Assembly: GCA_040954595.2 (NCBI GenBank)
Contig: CM082593.2
Coordinates: 590,759-654,758, forward strand
DNA: 64,000 bases
From: Balanoglossus misakiensis
Taxonomy: Eukaryota > Animalia > Hemichordata
Reading direction: 5' to 3'
Shown here: piece by piece, positions 36,911 through 50,639 of the stretch
Layout of the letters: every line of letters begins with the position of its first letter
How positions within the stretch are numbered: the first letter of the stretch is position 1
The notes under the pieces: generated by a model
Databases searched by the model: none
Told to the model about the DNA's origin: nothing
What the model saw: the letters and a program-made list of their open reading frames with translations, nothing else
Program-made: the position numbers and the translations under genes

Positions 36911-39760
36911 TTAAAAGCGCAGAAAAGGCAGGACTGGCAAGCAATTTTGACAAAAGCATTTTATTACGAATGTACACTCGACATATCATGGTTTTGTGAC
37001 TCCTTAATCTGGCTTAGAATGGTTGATTTGATTTCGTCAACAATATGAAGCAACTAGGAGTTTGATATTAAATTTACCTCAACACTACTCAGCAGCTTGC
37101 ACAAGGGGAAAGGTCAACAATACTATAATGTCCCACTAACGAGCAAAATTACTTTGCCATAGCGACACTTCAACCGTGAAATTACCAAGAGTGTTTCAAA
37201 CGAAATACGCTTAAAGCAGAGCACAATTAATAGACTCGCTTTTTGAGCTAGGAGCACTTGTTTGTACTTTGAAATGTTCTAGCTTGACCACAAATTATAA
37301 TTTGCCTAAACCAGAAAGACGCAGTTTTGTCCTTCACAGTAATACTTTATCATTCTTCAGTAGATATTTCTGATTTGCCTTCTTTACAAAATGTTAACAT
37401 CAGTGAAACGCCTTAAGGAAACAACCGCACATAACCCAATCTATGACATATATGTCTGGAAAAGTCTGAACAATTTGGCGCCTGGGCAACATTAATATAT
37501 TAATATCATGATGGAAGCTGGACAATAACCCCTGTATCTGTCATTTCTTTCAGACACATGATTTAGTTGTCTATGTATCACCAACGAGGAATTTTAATAT
37601 CAAAAGTATTATCGCAGCGGAATAAAAATGTATCAACATTCCGTAATCATTGCCTTGTGAGCTCACTATTGTTGTGCATCGTATATACCATGTACATGTA
37701 TGTAGCTGGTATATCAGGATGGCTGCTACTAGACACCACCTAGAAACCACCACCCACAATTTTACACTATAGTGAATGACCAGCTCTTACCCTTGACTAA
37801 CACGCTCCTCAAATCTCAAATGTTAAAAATTTGCTTGGGGATCAGTGGCTCAAGGAATCTTAAATCTACGCTCTGCATAAAATTAAGAATGAAACCATGG
37901 ATCACGTTGCAGATTTTCAGATTCTATGGGACTAAACTTGTCTGTGGCATGTTATTAAAGCTGGTTAACACTTTGTGAGTTCTGATATCCCCCCCTTAAA
38001 CACAACACAAACATAAGAAGTATTACAAAATATTGGATGTGGATTTGAACGAAGGGATATATTTGTATAGGATTAAGAACACCAGCCCATGTTGCACAAG
38101 ACATAATTGGGAAAATCCCAGATAAAATCTCTGTGGCGAAAGAAATATTGAAATCACGGCTTATCCATTTACTGATTTTCAACTTGCGAAGGCCGCTGTT
38201 TGCCTGAATAATAAACCAACGCAACTAACATAAGATCGTTATAAAGTCGGACTGTTATACATGTGTGTAGGTCAACACGGATCAGGCCAACAGATAAATA
38301 ACACAAAGTACAAAGTCAAATAGTCCTGTCGCGCGTGGATTAAACAGGTACAAACCACACATGCTTATTAAATTACCAGAAATTAAAACATGTCAATCAC
38401 CAAGGTTTCCCGTGTCAGCCTTATAATTTAATTTCCTTTTGATATTATAGATAACGCCAAATTCGCTGAGAACATGTGGTTTAAACAGCAAAGCCTTACA
38501 TATGAAATGTATTTTCAAGACTATTTGAAAGCAATATGGTATCTTTTTTCCTACTTCAACTACAAAGAAGAGTATCGATTCTGCATGTACATTATTCCAG
38601 TTGCATTATATAATGAGTGCCATGATTTCTTCCTAATTAAACCATCCATAACAAGCAATTTTCTGAAGGCCCCTGATCTTTCTGACTTTGATTCTCACTT
38701 ATAAGTTTCCGTCGGACAGATACTTCACAAACTTCTCTCTTGTGTAAGTAGCAGGAGATACTTTCAGTAATTTTAACAGCGGGAGCTCATTGGGTATTGA
38801 AAGAGTTGTATGCTCACGCCACATGGAGCTCATTACATATTCCATTACAGCCCTGCTCATTTCTTTCTGGAGAATAGGGTTAATGCAATTTGTGATATCG
38901 GCGTTGTTAATAACTTAGTCCATTATATCACATATTTCTGCGCAACCATGATTAAATTGATAGCGGCCAATCGGTAGATATCGCCATGGTATAACACTAG
39001 TATCCGAATACAAATTAGCGCAAACCACAACTGACAATCCAGCACAATCCACCTTGCACTGAATGTCGGGATGCATCTGCCGGTCTTTAAGTTATAAGGC
39101 TGATACATATCATGCAGTTCTATAAGTTTAAATAAGCTTACAACCCTGTTCTACAAGTGATTTACAACACAGTCTTACTGGTAAAAGACAATATTGCTAA
39201 TGACTGGCGCTGACGCAAGGCTCTTTAGTATCCGTGGTGATGTAAATGGGCCTCTGGAGGTTGAATAAGCTGTTCGTTTCACTACCTTTAATTATGATTG
39301 GTCTAAAGTAAATATTTCATTGGATTCACTTGGTAATCAACCATGCCAGTGCATTCAAATGTGACGTGATGCAATTATCAGCGTTTTTTGGTTTCCAGCG
39401 TTTCCAAAAATAGACCACGTTTCCAAGCGATAGAAATTAAGGCCTAACTTTTAAGGCAATCGCATCAGATTACTGTGGACCTTTTAAGCTTATGACTGAA
39501 ATAGAATTATCTTCATTCTGGGCGAACGATATTTCATGTCTTTTTTTCAAACTTGATATTCGTCAAGTAGACAGTGTTTCTTATTGAATGTTACACAAAT
39601 TGGCACTATTGATTGTACTGATTGATTGATGTCATTGATTTATGACACAGACAGGCAGATAGATAACCTTTACCCCAAATGTAAATCTCATAGAATTCTC
39701 TACAACAGTGTTAACAAATTGAAGTTGTCAGAATGAGGGAAAATGTCAAGTGACTTCTTT

Positions 39761-39845
39761 ATACATACATACATACATACATACATACATACATACATAC
39801 ATACATACATACATACATACATACATACATACATACATACATACA
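39761..39845 (+). repeat. (ATAC)21 microsatellite
   Basis: Perfect tandem; it is the source of the spurious IHTY and MYVC ORFs. Confidence 0.98.
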
Positions 39846-39940
39846 GTCAGATTACTCGTGCAACTTTGTATTTTGCTTTCATTGCACAAAAACCGTGCAA
39901 TTGGTCGCTTACAAAAATTGTAACATCTAAACCAACTCTT
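39841..39940 (+). repeat. Dispersed repeat, copy 1 (follows an ATAC tract)
   Basis: cagattactcgtgcaactttg ... ggtcgcttacaaaaattgtaacatctaaacc is collinear with 43802-43910. Confidence 0.6.
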
Positions 39941-41099
39941 ACAGTGGAAACATGTGGTTGTGTGTTTTTGTACATTGACAGTTGCTGGGTGGTATGGGAA
40001 GCATGTGTTCACCCTTGGAAACAGTTGTGTTATACATAGGTATAACTGTACCGTACATACATACATACGACTTGGTGCGGTTAACAATATGTCATCCAAA
40101 ACCATGAGGTTTATAATTAAGTTAAACCAAGAGAACTCATACAATTACATACTTTATACCTGGCGAGATCTGACGGACGTGCTTATTAGATTTGACATCA
40201 TAGCTACAATTTGAGCTAATTATGTCACTTGAAATTTAGTAGCTTTGGAACATTTATACTGTATACGACTTTTGATCGATATTAAACTCCCTCTGGGGTC
40301 AAAACCCTTTCTGCTCTAGTTTAAAGTGGTAAAAAACACTTGCTGCATGAGAATTGAAATCCACGACAATTGTAAAACCTTGTAAATTCACTCGGTTTAC
40401 AAGTAAACCAGACAGTTTGAATCTCAGAAAGGAAGAAAAAGAAACAGTTATGGAAAATGAAACAGGATTTGCCGATCGATGTACATCGTTGACCATTTGA
40501 TTTTCATTAATTGAACTTGACCAACCTTATTTAAGAAGACACCATCTGACACGACGTCAATTGTGCATTTGCCAAGTATCACTGCACCAGCTTGCTTCCA
40601 ATCACCTACGCATTGATAACTCGAAACTGTGCACACTGTTGAGACTGCTCAGACTCTGAGCATTGATTCCAACGGCTCGCGACGGTTGATGATTAACATC
40701 TACGCACGTCAAGTACCGAGTTACGGAGTTACAATGGCATGCACAGAAACACAAAAGGTGATTGACGAAGCCTACAACAGCAACTCAGTATTTAATAATG
40801 AAACGGAAATCTAAGCGCCCTCATTTGGAACGTTACATCTGTTTCCTCCTGAAATATGCACAGCTGTTATTTTTAGGGCATTTTTATTTCTGATTGACAG
40901 GTCTCCGTTAAAATCCACTGTTTTATATTGATTTGCAGCATGATATCAAATGCCTAACTTTTTGTACATTAATGTGACACATGTCAAATTGACAATTGTG
41001 CCCTTAACTGCCACCGAGTGTTCTGATTTGTAACGATAATTTCCTAATTCTACTTTCACATACAAACTGGTATATGCTCTACATTTAGACACAATCCAT

Positions 41100-41210
41100 C
41101 ATCTGCCTCTCTGATCCCCTATCTCTCTGTCTGCCTTCCGTCCATCTGTCTGTCTGCCTGTCTCTCTGTCTATCTCTTTTTCAGCCCGCCCGTCTACTTA
41201 TCTCTGTGCT
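41100..41210 (+). repeat. Degenerate (TCTG/TCTC/TCCG)n simple repeat
   Basis: Pyrimidine-rich tetranucleotide-derived tract. Confidence 0.65.
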
Positions 41211-43801
41211 TGACTCATGCATAAAGATAAAAGTTGGGTTTCAGATGTTACATGAAAATTGTAAAGTATACGTGAAGATATCTTTTTCATACACAACTAA
41301 TTTTTATATTAAGCCATTATTCAGTCACTTTTATAACTACTTTATTTAAAAACAAAAACAAAATGCTGATGCTTGAAACTAAACTGCCAAAGAGAAAATA
41401 TGTTGTATGCGTTATTACAGTGTATTCAAGAGAGCGCGGTTCATCTATGTTTTACATGAACGGCTGTTCACAACATCCTCTATGCAACCTTTGTACGAAC
41501 TCCAAACCTTTATTCGATATCAGATTGTAACAATTTGCACCTTAATCAACGGGATGATTTACACCGTTGTATATTTCTGATCCTATTTTCTACCTGTTAT
41601 TTTTTTTCAATAGCTCAGTTTTCCTGAAATTGGATTTTTTATTATTTCCTGTCTATATAGCTACTAAAACTGGAATATGGAATACAGATTGCTAATAATA
41701 TACATCATTTATATATTCCATGTAGTAGCATTTACTTGGGATGAAAATATTGATTCCATCCACTCTATGCTGTCACGATCTAATTAGCCGATTACACTTT
41801 TTGGAAATGTGCAATGATTTGCTTGACCAACTATATATCCTGTTACTTCTGGTTTACCCCATAAGGTTTTAAAAGGAACAGAAGATTGAAAACTTTAATG
41901 ACACTATCAACAGCTGTAGCCAAGCTCTGATGAAGTTTGTTAGGACCAATGGCTAGGCTACTCGGGAAGTTAAATGTGCCCCAACTTGTGCAAGACTTCT
42001 CGATCAAAGGAACCCCAGAAAAAGTCCTGTTTTCGAGCTGCTAGAGTTTTAATAACCAGTACACGTCCTCCTCAATGGTGAATTTAATTTCAACGGTAAA
42101 TTAAAATAGACAGATAAAAATGTTCATGTGGAGTCTGTTCGATTTTCCTTTCCTTTCGATTTGTTTCATTTCCCCATGGGCGGTAAGTGCAGTAAAACTG
42201 GCTGCGACTGGCCATAAATAAATGACAGAACAAGAGTCGTGTGCCAAGCCTAGTTACTGTTCTACGGGCTGCAGTTTTTAGCAGGCGAACTTTTCCTTCG
42301 TCATTCAACATTGGAGCGGATGCATGTTTTTCCGTATCGACGTTTCCTTTCACTGAGAGGTGTCACGGTCACTTCACAGTTTCTAAGAGGAATTAGGAAA
42401 ATAACCTTTCAATTTGCAACATTGTCAAGAAGCTGGCATTTCTCCATCGAAACAGAGGACACAGAACAGAACATTTCTGTTCGTGTCCCAACAGAAAAGA
42501 AACAACACATACGCCAAAATACTGTGTTATCTTGATGTAAGTTCAAGGTCAACGTAAAATCTAATTTATACTGAAAGCAAGCAGTTCCCCTTTTTGCTGT
42601 ATAATCTGAAAGTTGACAGAAATTCTGAAGACGCATGTTTCTCATCCACAAATTAATGTCATTCCTTAATTGGATTAAGCCTTTGGCTTTCGGTATTTAG
42701 GGCAGACCGCCTTATACTACAATACATGGTTATCTATCAGTGCTTTCACTGATATCTCAGCTCTGAATGTTCTATCTTAACAGGTTTTATCTTCGTGCCT
42801 TTGACATCTTATCTGGACTTCCCTGACCAGCACACATCATGTCTAGTCACACTACCGGTATAACATTGATCGCTTTCTATGGATTCAATATCATGCTAAT
42901 AAATTCCTATCCAAATACATTCCTGCGAAAGGGGGCTTTATAAAAATACATGAAAAACAACAAATTAAAAATTTACATCGTTCTCTGGTCGAGTACACGT
43001 TGAAACTCATAACTTCCAATTTTGGAAACATGATATACAGAGGTTAGCTGCGTTCATTCACCACAGATTCTGCCTTGAAGAACGACGTGACTTTATTTTT
43101 CATCGCAGAACTAATGGCAAGATATATTGCAGGCAATACATCAGTTGAACACACAATGAGAAACAATGTAAATAGGTGTACTTTGACTTTGCTGGAACTG
43201 TGCTTATCTCAAATGAAGTCAGAGAAATTAGTCGTAAATAAAATTTCTTAATCTTAAACACATTTCGGATAGATGTAGTCCTTGATACTACAACTTCAGG
43301 CATAAAATGAAACCTTAAGATCTTGAACAGACTTGACGTGTGAATTTAAATTTTAATATAAAAATGTTTGAAAATGTGCCGAATGTGAACATCATGCATT
43401 CTGTTATGGCTGATGTGTAAGGCATATGGCATATTTCTCAACATAAGCAATGACTACTAAAATTTGATGTACGCTGTTTCTAACTGTACTTATTTCAATC
43501 ATAAAGCTCTGAAAAGAATAAAACCTTGCCTGCAAAAACATGAATCACAGCAGAAGCCTCTTATTTTGCAGAGACGCTATATATATCATATAGCAGTTAG
43601 TTAGGCCTAACAGATGGTGCGCAAATCATGCCCCTGGGCTTTTAGGGTTCGATTAGTTATTTATGTAGAATGTGTATTTCACGAGTCGGATATATCACAC
43701 TTCCTATAACAACTGCCAGAATAAGAGATAGAACATATAATGCCGTTTAAATATTCATCTACACATACCATTACACACACACCGCAAAACATATCGTATA
43801 A

Positions 43802-43910
43802 ATACATACATGTAGGCAGATTACTGTGCAATTTTGGGTGTTTACTTACATCGTACATACTGAGCCATTGGGTCGCCTACTAAATTTGTAACATCTAACC
43901 TATAGCTCTT
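43802..43910 (+). repeat. Dispersed repeat, copy 2
   Basis: atacataca..cagattactgtgcaattttg ... ggtcgcctactaaatttgtaacatctaacc matches 39841-39940. Confidence 0.6.
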
Positions 43911-44194
43911 CTTTGTGTGTAGTTTGCTTCCGATTCATGATTGCACCAATTTCCACTAAATGTCCTTTCAGAATAACGATGTTTACAGCACACGTACTAT
44001 CAGTCATGGTAAATGCTGGGAAGTATTAGCAGTGAAAAAACAATTCCATCGAGTAACTTCATACATGTGGTGTGACCACAGACACCCCAGGCTATTTGTT
44101 CTGAAGGTCATTGAAAGGAGCAGACATTCTCGTGTCTGAGGGAAACTGATTTAATCGACCGTAAAACTACACCTGACAAAGCAATCATGCATGC

Positions 44195-44357
44195 ATGAAT
44201 GAATGAATGAATGAATGAATGGTTGGGTGGATGGATGGATGGAGGGAGGGAGGGATGGATAAACAAATGAATGAACAAATAGATGGATAGATGGACATAT
44301 GGAAGGAATGGTGGACGAATGAATGAATGAATGAATGAATGAATGAATGAATGAATG
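44195..44357 (+). repeat. Compound (TGAA)n/(TGGA)n/(GGGA)n microsatellite
   Basis: TGAA blocks flank degenerate TGGA/GGGA units. Confidence 0.93.
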
Positions 44358-47300
44358 CATTTAGATAGACAGAAAGTACAAGATTTTAACATTGAAATGA
44401 CTAAAACATTGGCTCTATCATGGACAAAAATACTTATTAGCTTATTGTTTAACAGCAGTGTTACAAAGATCTATTAATGCGAATTCATGTTGCAACCCAA
44501 TGCACACACTGGATGTTAACACATGTAATTCTTGTTTTCTCCTAAATCAGAGTTCTACTCTTATTAGACGGGTTCTTAAATATTACATGTTATTTTACCC
44601 CTGTAGCAGGTGTCCCTTTTGTACATTTCACACAGTGTTTAATCCGCCGTGACAGATTTGCATAATGCCTATCAGAATTCATTCCCGCAGTTGTTGGAAT
44701 GTGTGAAGATTCCGTCTTGAAACGGATACGGCGCTGACGTTAGACACACACCGGTGGTTGTGATCAATACTTGTCTCAGGCAATTAATGGAAACGGTTTT
44801 CAAATCGATCAAATAAATCTCAGTTAAACTTGAACCCGTCTCTTCATTAAAATTGATTCCAAGGAATGATGGTTAAGAAAATTGCTTTACCGGTATTTCA
44901 TTTTTAAGTCTTGTTTCATTTCTTTTCAAATTACAATTGTCTTCGTCTGAATAATAGTTTTGAAGTGGCTTGATGTTAACAATCTTATTATCTCTTTATT
45001 ACTTTAGATTTGACTTTATCGATCAGGGTCAAATAAATGGACATATCGTGTAACACCCAAGTGCATAACACTGTACTTTAAGCTTGTCTTATCGAGTTCA
45101 TCTAACCCATCAAACATGATAGCGCTCATTATGTTCAATCAGCACACTAATGTCGATGCAAAAAACGTCGAAGTGCTGGACATGTAATTGATTCCTTTCG
45201 TACACGCTGGATTGATGTCTTTCAGTGGCGGCTATTGGCCTCCAGGGTTGAAGACAAAGGGCGCCAAATCCCAACAGAGATTGCATGTTGCCCAAATCAT
45301 CGTGAGAAGTACAGACTGTTAATGAAGAGGTGATCACTAAAAATAAAGCATCCCCAAATGGCGATGTTGGGCCTCGCAGTCTTATAAACTAAATTGAATA
45401 CAGATGGATGGAAAATAGTATTATTTTGGTCGTTAATATATCACCAGGAACACTCGTGCGAGAATCACAGAAGCTGTTGATATGCCACGTAAAAATGTGG
45501 AACGCCTGTAGAATGGTTGGTAAATTCAACCAGTTGATTGACGAAGGGATTTCAGGACATGGAAACAACACAAACAGAACAAAATATCGACCGCAAAATC
45601 CATCACTCAGTCATTTAACCACTCCAAATCGTTAGAAATGAAGAACTGTACGAAAGCAGTCCTGAATAGAGTTCTTGTTTTGACAGGAAACAGCTGTAGT
45701 TGTGGTATTTGGAACAAACGCCAATGCACCCATCGAAATGACGAAAGGCTTGGTATTCACTGCTACAAAAACAAAATTAAACTTGACGACGTATTTTTGA
45801 AATTACCAGATTTTTGCTATGGAATATTGTTAGCATTTGATAAGTGAACGTCTTTATGATTTTCATAACACAGTAATGTTTACTGTGGGAAAGCACGATA
45901 AAGTGAAAAGACTTTTCACAATCTTTCCGCGAGGGACGTAGTATATAACTTATGTACACACGTCAGCGGCATTGAACACACAAGCCCCTGGCATTCATTA
46001 ATCAATTTTATTTTGTTTGCCTTAAGTATTTATATTGTGGAGCATGTCTCCCATTCAGACATTTTGACAGTACACCACACAGCTAGTTGTCTTTTTATGA
46101 CTTGTTTTTTTAAGATTTACAGATAGATATTTCAGGCTCTGAAATACAGCACCGTAAATATTCATATACTTGCTGCCAGAGTGCGGAAGATCGGTCGCGA
46201 CCCATGACATTTACTGTGACTTCAGCTGTCCAATGACGACATACCTTGTATCCCAAATGCAACCTTTGACTGTCATAATTAATGGCAGGGATACCGACCT
46301 AGCTTGTCCTGCATCGGCAGTTTTTAATTTTAGTTGTGATCATATCATATTAAGCCCCAGTAGGTTAACTACCGGTATTACTATTTGAGCCGCGAGCTGA
46401 AATCTACCATCATCAAGTTTCACAATACGCAGAAGCTTATAGAAGATACGATTCAGCACCATCTAATGTACAACCTAATCCTAGTGCCTATGCCCTGTAT
46501 TTATGAAACATCTCTGACAAAGCCACATCCATGTTCAGATTGATATCATATCTGTGGACTGGAACTCGCAAGGCTTAAGTATAGTCCTACTGCCTATACA
46601 ATACACACTCACGCCACACTGAATAGAAATAGAAAGTTTCAGCTGGTTTCGCTGAAATTTTCCCACAATAATTTCAATTATCACATCGTATAACCTTTGC
46701 GGCAACAAAATTGAACTGGACCGCAAAACCTTTTTTTATTAATAATTTATCATATCAAATCCATTTCATTTTTACTCCATTATTTTTATTGTCACATATA
46801 TCACTGATAGGATTATGAGTATGAACTCAGGTGTTGCCCGATACAATATTACCATTTGGCGGCAGACATGATCGGTCCTGTACAGTGGACGCATGCATTA
46901 TTCCTGTTCAATAACACTAAACCTAAATCATCACATTTTTATTCTTTCTTTGGTCTCTCACCAACCCAAAATTGTATCTCAAAATTCTAGTTTGATCTAC
47001 ACTATTTCTCTGCGCCAAATTATAGAAGAAAAAGTATACATTTTCAGCTTGCGAAAAACATAGAACATTCATCTACGTTGTTTGTGTTTTACTTTAGTGA
47101 GAATATCACTTGATTACAGTTATACTCATTTGCTTATTCAAATGCTTGGCCTTCATGTTTCCGGAAAGCGCGTCTCCAGGAATTATCATTTAATTACATG
47201 GATTACACGGTTTTCTGCCTACTCTCAAAAGCTGTAAAGTCTAAACTTTAACAACAACGTCGAATATCATTTCCTGCCTTTCAGTAACATGTTCTACGTG

Positions 47301-48085
47301 AAGGAGCTAGACACATGGCAGCAGTAAAAGATCTATTTCTGGCAGGCAAAGCATCATGACAGAAAGAAAAGACGAAAGAAAATACGGAAACAACATTTAG
47401 ATTATTGGCTGCTATTCAAATGTATCACAGGTGATGTTGACACTGATCCAAGCTTTAGAAGTTTTGTCACGATTACTGACAACATAGCTATCTAGTTTTC
47501 ATTCAATTATGTAATACATATTGTTACTACTGATATACAGTTTCTACGTATACATATACTTCTTTACATCTTTATTTGATTGATTAAAACCTGGACAGCA
47601 CGCTCACAAAAAGTTGCACACCCAAAGATGTAACAAGCTAGTGGCAGCCTAATAACACTACTCACAGAAATAAAAACCGCTGCAGGATTTTCTGTTGTTA
47701 TGCTAATCCCTTTCTTGATCCCCTGTTTAATTTTCACCTAATCTAAGGCTTACAGACAAGATTTAAATTTGATACAACACGAGCTTGTTTCTGAGAAAGT
47801 ATCATTTCTACGAATTCTTACAACGACAAACCAATGGGAAGTACTTCGCTGTTGTAGAGGACTGATTGAAAATTTAATTACAGTAAAATTAATTTGCATG
47901 CTGAATAAAAAGGCAAAACATGACAACGATAGAATAGTATAAGTAATACCTAATGCATTGCGTGTTCATCCTATTTGCGACAATGTACCCTGGTGTGTGG
48001 TTCTGCTGAAGCTTTCAAGTGACTTTTGTGGGACAAATAATCTTATAATTGTCACTCTGCGACTATACCGGTATATGCTTAATTG

Positions 48086-48163
48086 ATCTATCTATCTATC
48101 TACCTATCTATCTATCTTTCTATCTTTCTATTTTTCTATCTATCTATCTATCTATCTATCTAT
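48086..48163 (+). repeat. Imperfect (TCTA)n microsatellite
   Basis: Tandem tcta/ctat with interruptions. Confidence 0.9.
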
Positions 48164-48995
48164 GTATTGGTCTATCTTCATCATGTTGCAGCTATGAGTG
48201 ATGTAGCTCTGAGTGATAGATTAAACTGAGTAACATAGTCTATGACCTTCACAATCTTTTTTTCTTTCCATTTCTTGCTTATTTCTCTCACTAAAGATCA
48301 AAGCAAATGTCAAAGCAATTAAAGAACGAAGAAAATGAAGTATAAATGAATGAGATATTATTAGAAGTATCAAAAACTGATCAAGGATAAGTGAGTCACG
48401 AAATCAGAAAAAATGATAGACAGGCAATATACCTTTCTCATTAGAGTTCTTTTCATTGAATTCATTCAGGTGGAAATTTCCCCAAAAGATTAGGTGGAAG
48501 CACTATTGCAGCATAATTACAAAAACACTGACACCAGATACTGACATACTTCTAGAGGTCTCTAGTTTGTTTTAGATGTCGGATAAAATCTATCAAGGAA
48601 TCAAATAAAAATCATGACAAAATAGTCTAAAAAGACTATTTTGTTACGTTGATCGTTGGGGCCAAAGAAGATTGAGCCAAAATCAAACATTCAACTTTTT
48701 CTTATTATTTCGTCAAGGCAATTTTAGATTAGTCTCATTAAAAACTGGGGTCACTGTGAAGAATTTTGAATGAGAGATCTTTTCTTAAATTTGAAATTCA
48801 AAATGGCCACACCTTTTTATATTAAGGCAATGAAGAATACTTCATTTAGTGATTTTTATAAAGAAAAGACAGAGAACACCCTGTATGTTAACTAATTAAG
48901 TCTCGTGAGATCTGGCAATGAGCAGGTTTTAAGTCACATGTTCGCGATGACTCACTTCCTGTTGAAATGGCATGTGCGCATCAAAATAGCGCAAG

Positions 48996-49011
48996 AGCGC
49001 CCCCTAGTTGG
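48996..49011 (-). promoter_or_regulatory. CTCF-like motif
   Basis: - strand CCAACTAGGGGGCGCT; the core CAACTAGGGGGCGC is one mismatch from CCASYAGRKGGCRS. Confidence 0.4.
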
Positions 49012-50596
49012 GCTTCACTGTGACATCTGTTAAAGGGAAGGCTAGGAACAAGCCTTTTAAAAAAACCATGATCTCGTTAAAGCGCCTGGGAAATTGGGTT
49101 AGAAAACGTGCAACATAAGAGCGACCAATTAACACAAAACCCTAGTGCATACTGTCTGGTTTGTGGGGAGGAGTTACAAACAATGTTTTATCTCATTATT
49201 GAAAATGCCACTGTTTGCACAGACTTGTAACAGGTCTTGAAAACCATGTATGTTTCAGGATGGCACCATCTGCGTATAGGCCTAGTAATTGGATCATTCA
49301 GCTGTGCTCAAACTGCAGGGTATCGCCAATAAACCCAGTTGTTCATACTGTTACAGCTACAACAATACAGCGCAAACTAAAAACTCATATGTCGAACACA
49401 TAAAGAAAATACACTGCAAAATGCCTTCTGATTGTATCATAATATTTTCATAATGTTGAAATTAAAATGATTCTTCTAAAGATCAATTTGCTTCCTGAAA
49501 TAGGGTATAAGGGTAAATTAATTGTTATATGTCCAAATCCATACAGGACAAGAAACTGCAATTCTTTCCTAGAATGTTAACCCTCAAGGCATTTCAATCC
49601 TTAGCAATACTGGAAACCGTGTACACACATAAGCTGATTTAATTGTACCACTCTGTCAGTCTTTTGATTTTAGCTGTTAGATCGATTTCTTACCAGATGA
49701 CCCTAGCGACAAGGAATCATACCTGATTGACAATTTGTCATACAAATTCTTCACTGTGTACATACAGACTGTGACATGACGGAACAGTTTTTGCAAGAGA
49801 GCTAAAGCTGAATAAATCATAATGTTAAAATATTAATCAAAAATCATCCAAAATTCACTGACATGTTTGAACAAAATTGCGTCTGCAAGCAGGCAATCAT
49901 AACATCGGAATGAATGCTTGCTGGAATATTCATTTAAGTCAATATTAGTATTTTAGTTGGTATTCATATGGCCATCCATTATTTTGTTGGAGAGCAGGAC
50001 AGGCCGAAAACAAAGACACCCCAACAGCTGGTGATAAGCGAATCTTTTTTGCAAACACTGTCAGTTCCGGGGAGAATAACCTTCCCACTGATGTCTGCCG
50101 CTGCTTGAATTTCAGATTTTTTTTTGCCTCCGGATTCATTCACTCAGTTCTGTGTAAGAGGATTAAAATGGTGTCTCTCCTCCATTTGTATTATAATCCA
50201 ATAAAAACAATCTCTTATAGGATTAATTTCGTAAAGGATTTTTTTTATAAAACCAACTGCGGAGCTAGGATGTAGTATTTATGCTGTTCTTCTGTGGGAT
50301 TACTATTTTCCTTTGGAAATTGCTATTCTCGAATCTCGTCTCCATTAATTTGGTAAAAATTTCGATCACAAGGATTCCAGTGACAGTTATCTGATTCTTA
50401 AGTGATTTTTTTCCTCTAACACTGCCAAAATTGACGATGTATGTTTCATCCAAAGTCATATTAGCTAGACTTAGGTTTTCGTAAGCTGGGTATCACAGGA
50501 TCGTATTTAAAGCACCATTACCTCACGCTCTTAACTCCAATATATAAGGTGTTAGGCAACTATATCGAAAATGAACATTCTATTATACTTGTGCAG

Positions 50597-50639
50597 AAAA
50601 CAACGGGATAGGACTGAACCATGGTAGTGAAAGGGTTAA
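50597..50639 (-). mobile_element. Partial inverted second copy of the TTAA-type MITE
   Basis: The reverse complement TTAACCCTTTCACTACCATGGTTCAGTCCTATCCCGTTGTTTT aligns without gaps to TTAACCCTTACACCACCATGGTTTGGTCTAAGTCCATTGTTTA at 36822. Confidence 0.6.

Noticed and set aside
39743-40144. IHTY- and MYVC-repeat ORFs
   Set aside because: Translations of the (ATAC)n microsatellite.
44108-44392. HSFI-repeat ORFs
   Set aside because: Translations of the (TGAA)n/(TGGA)n microsatellite.
46452-46470. REST/RE1-like TTCAGCACC
   Set aside because: Left half-site only; the GGACAG half is missing.
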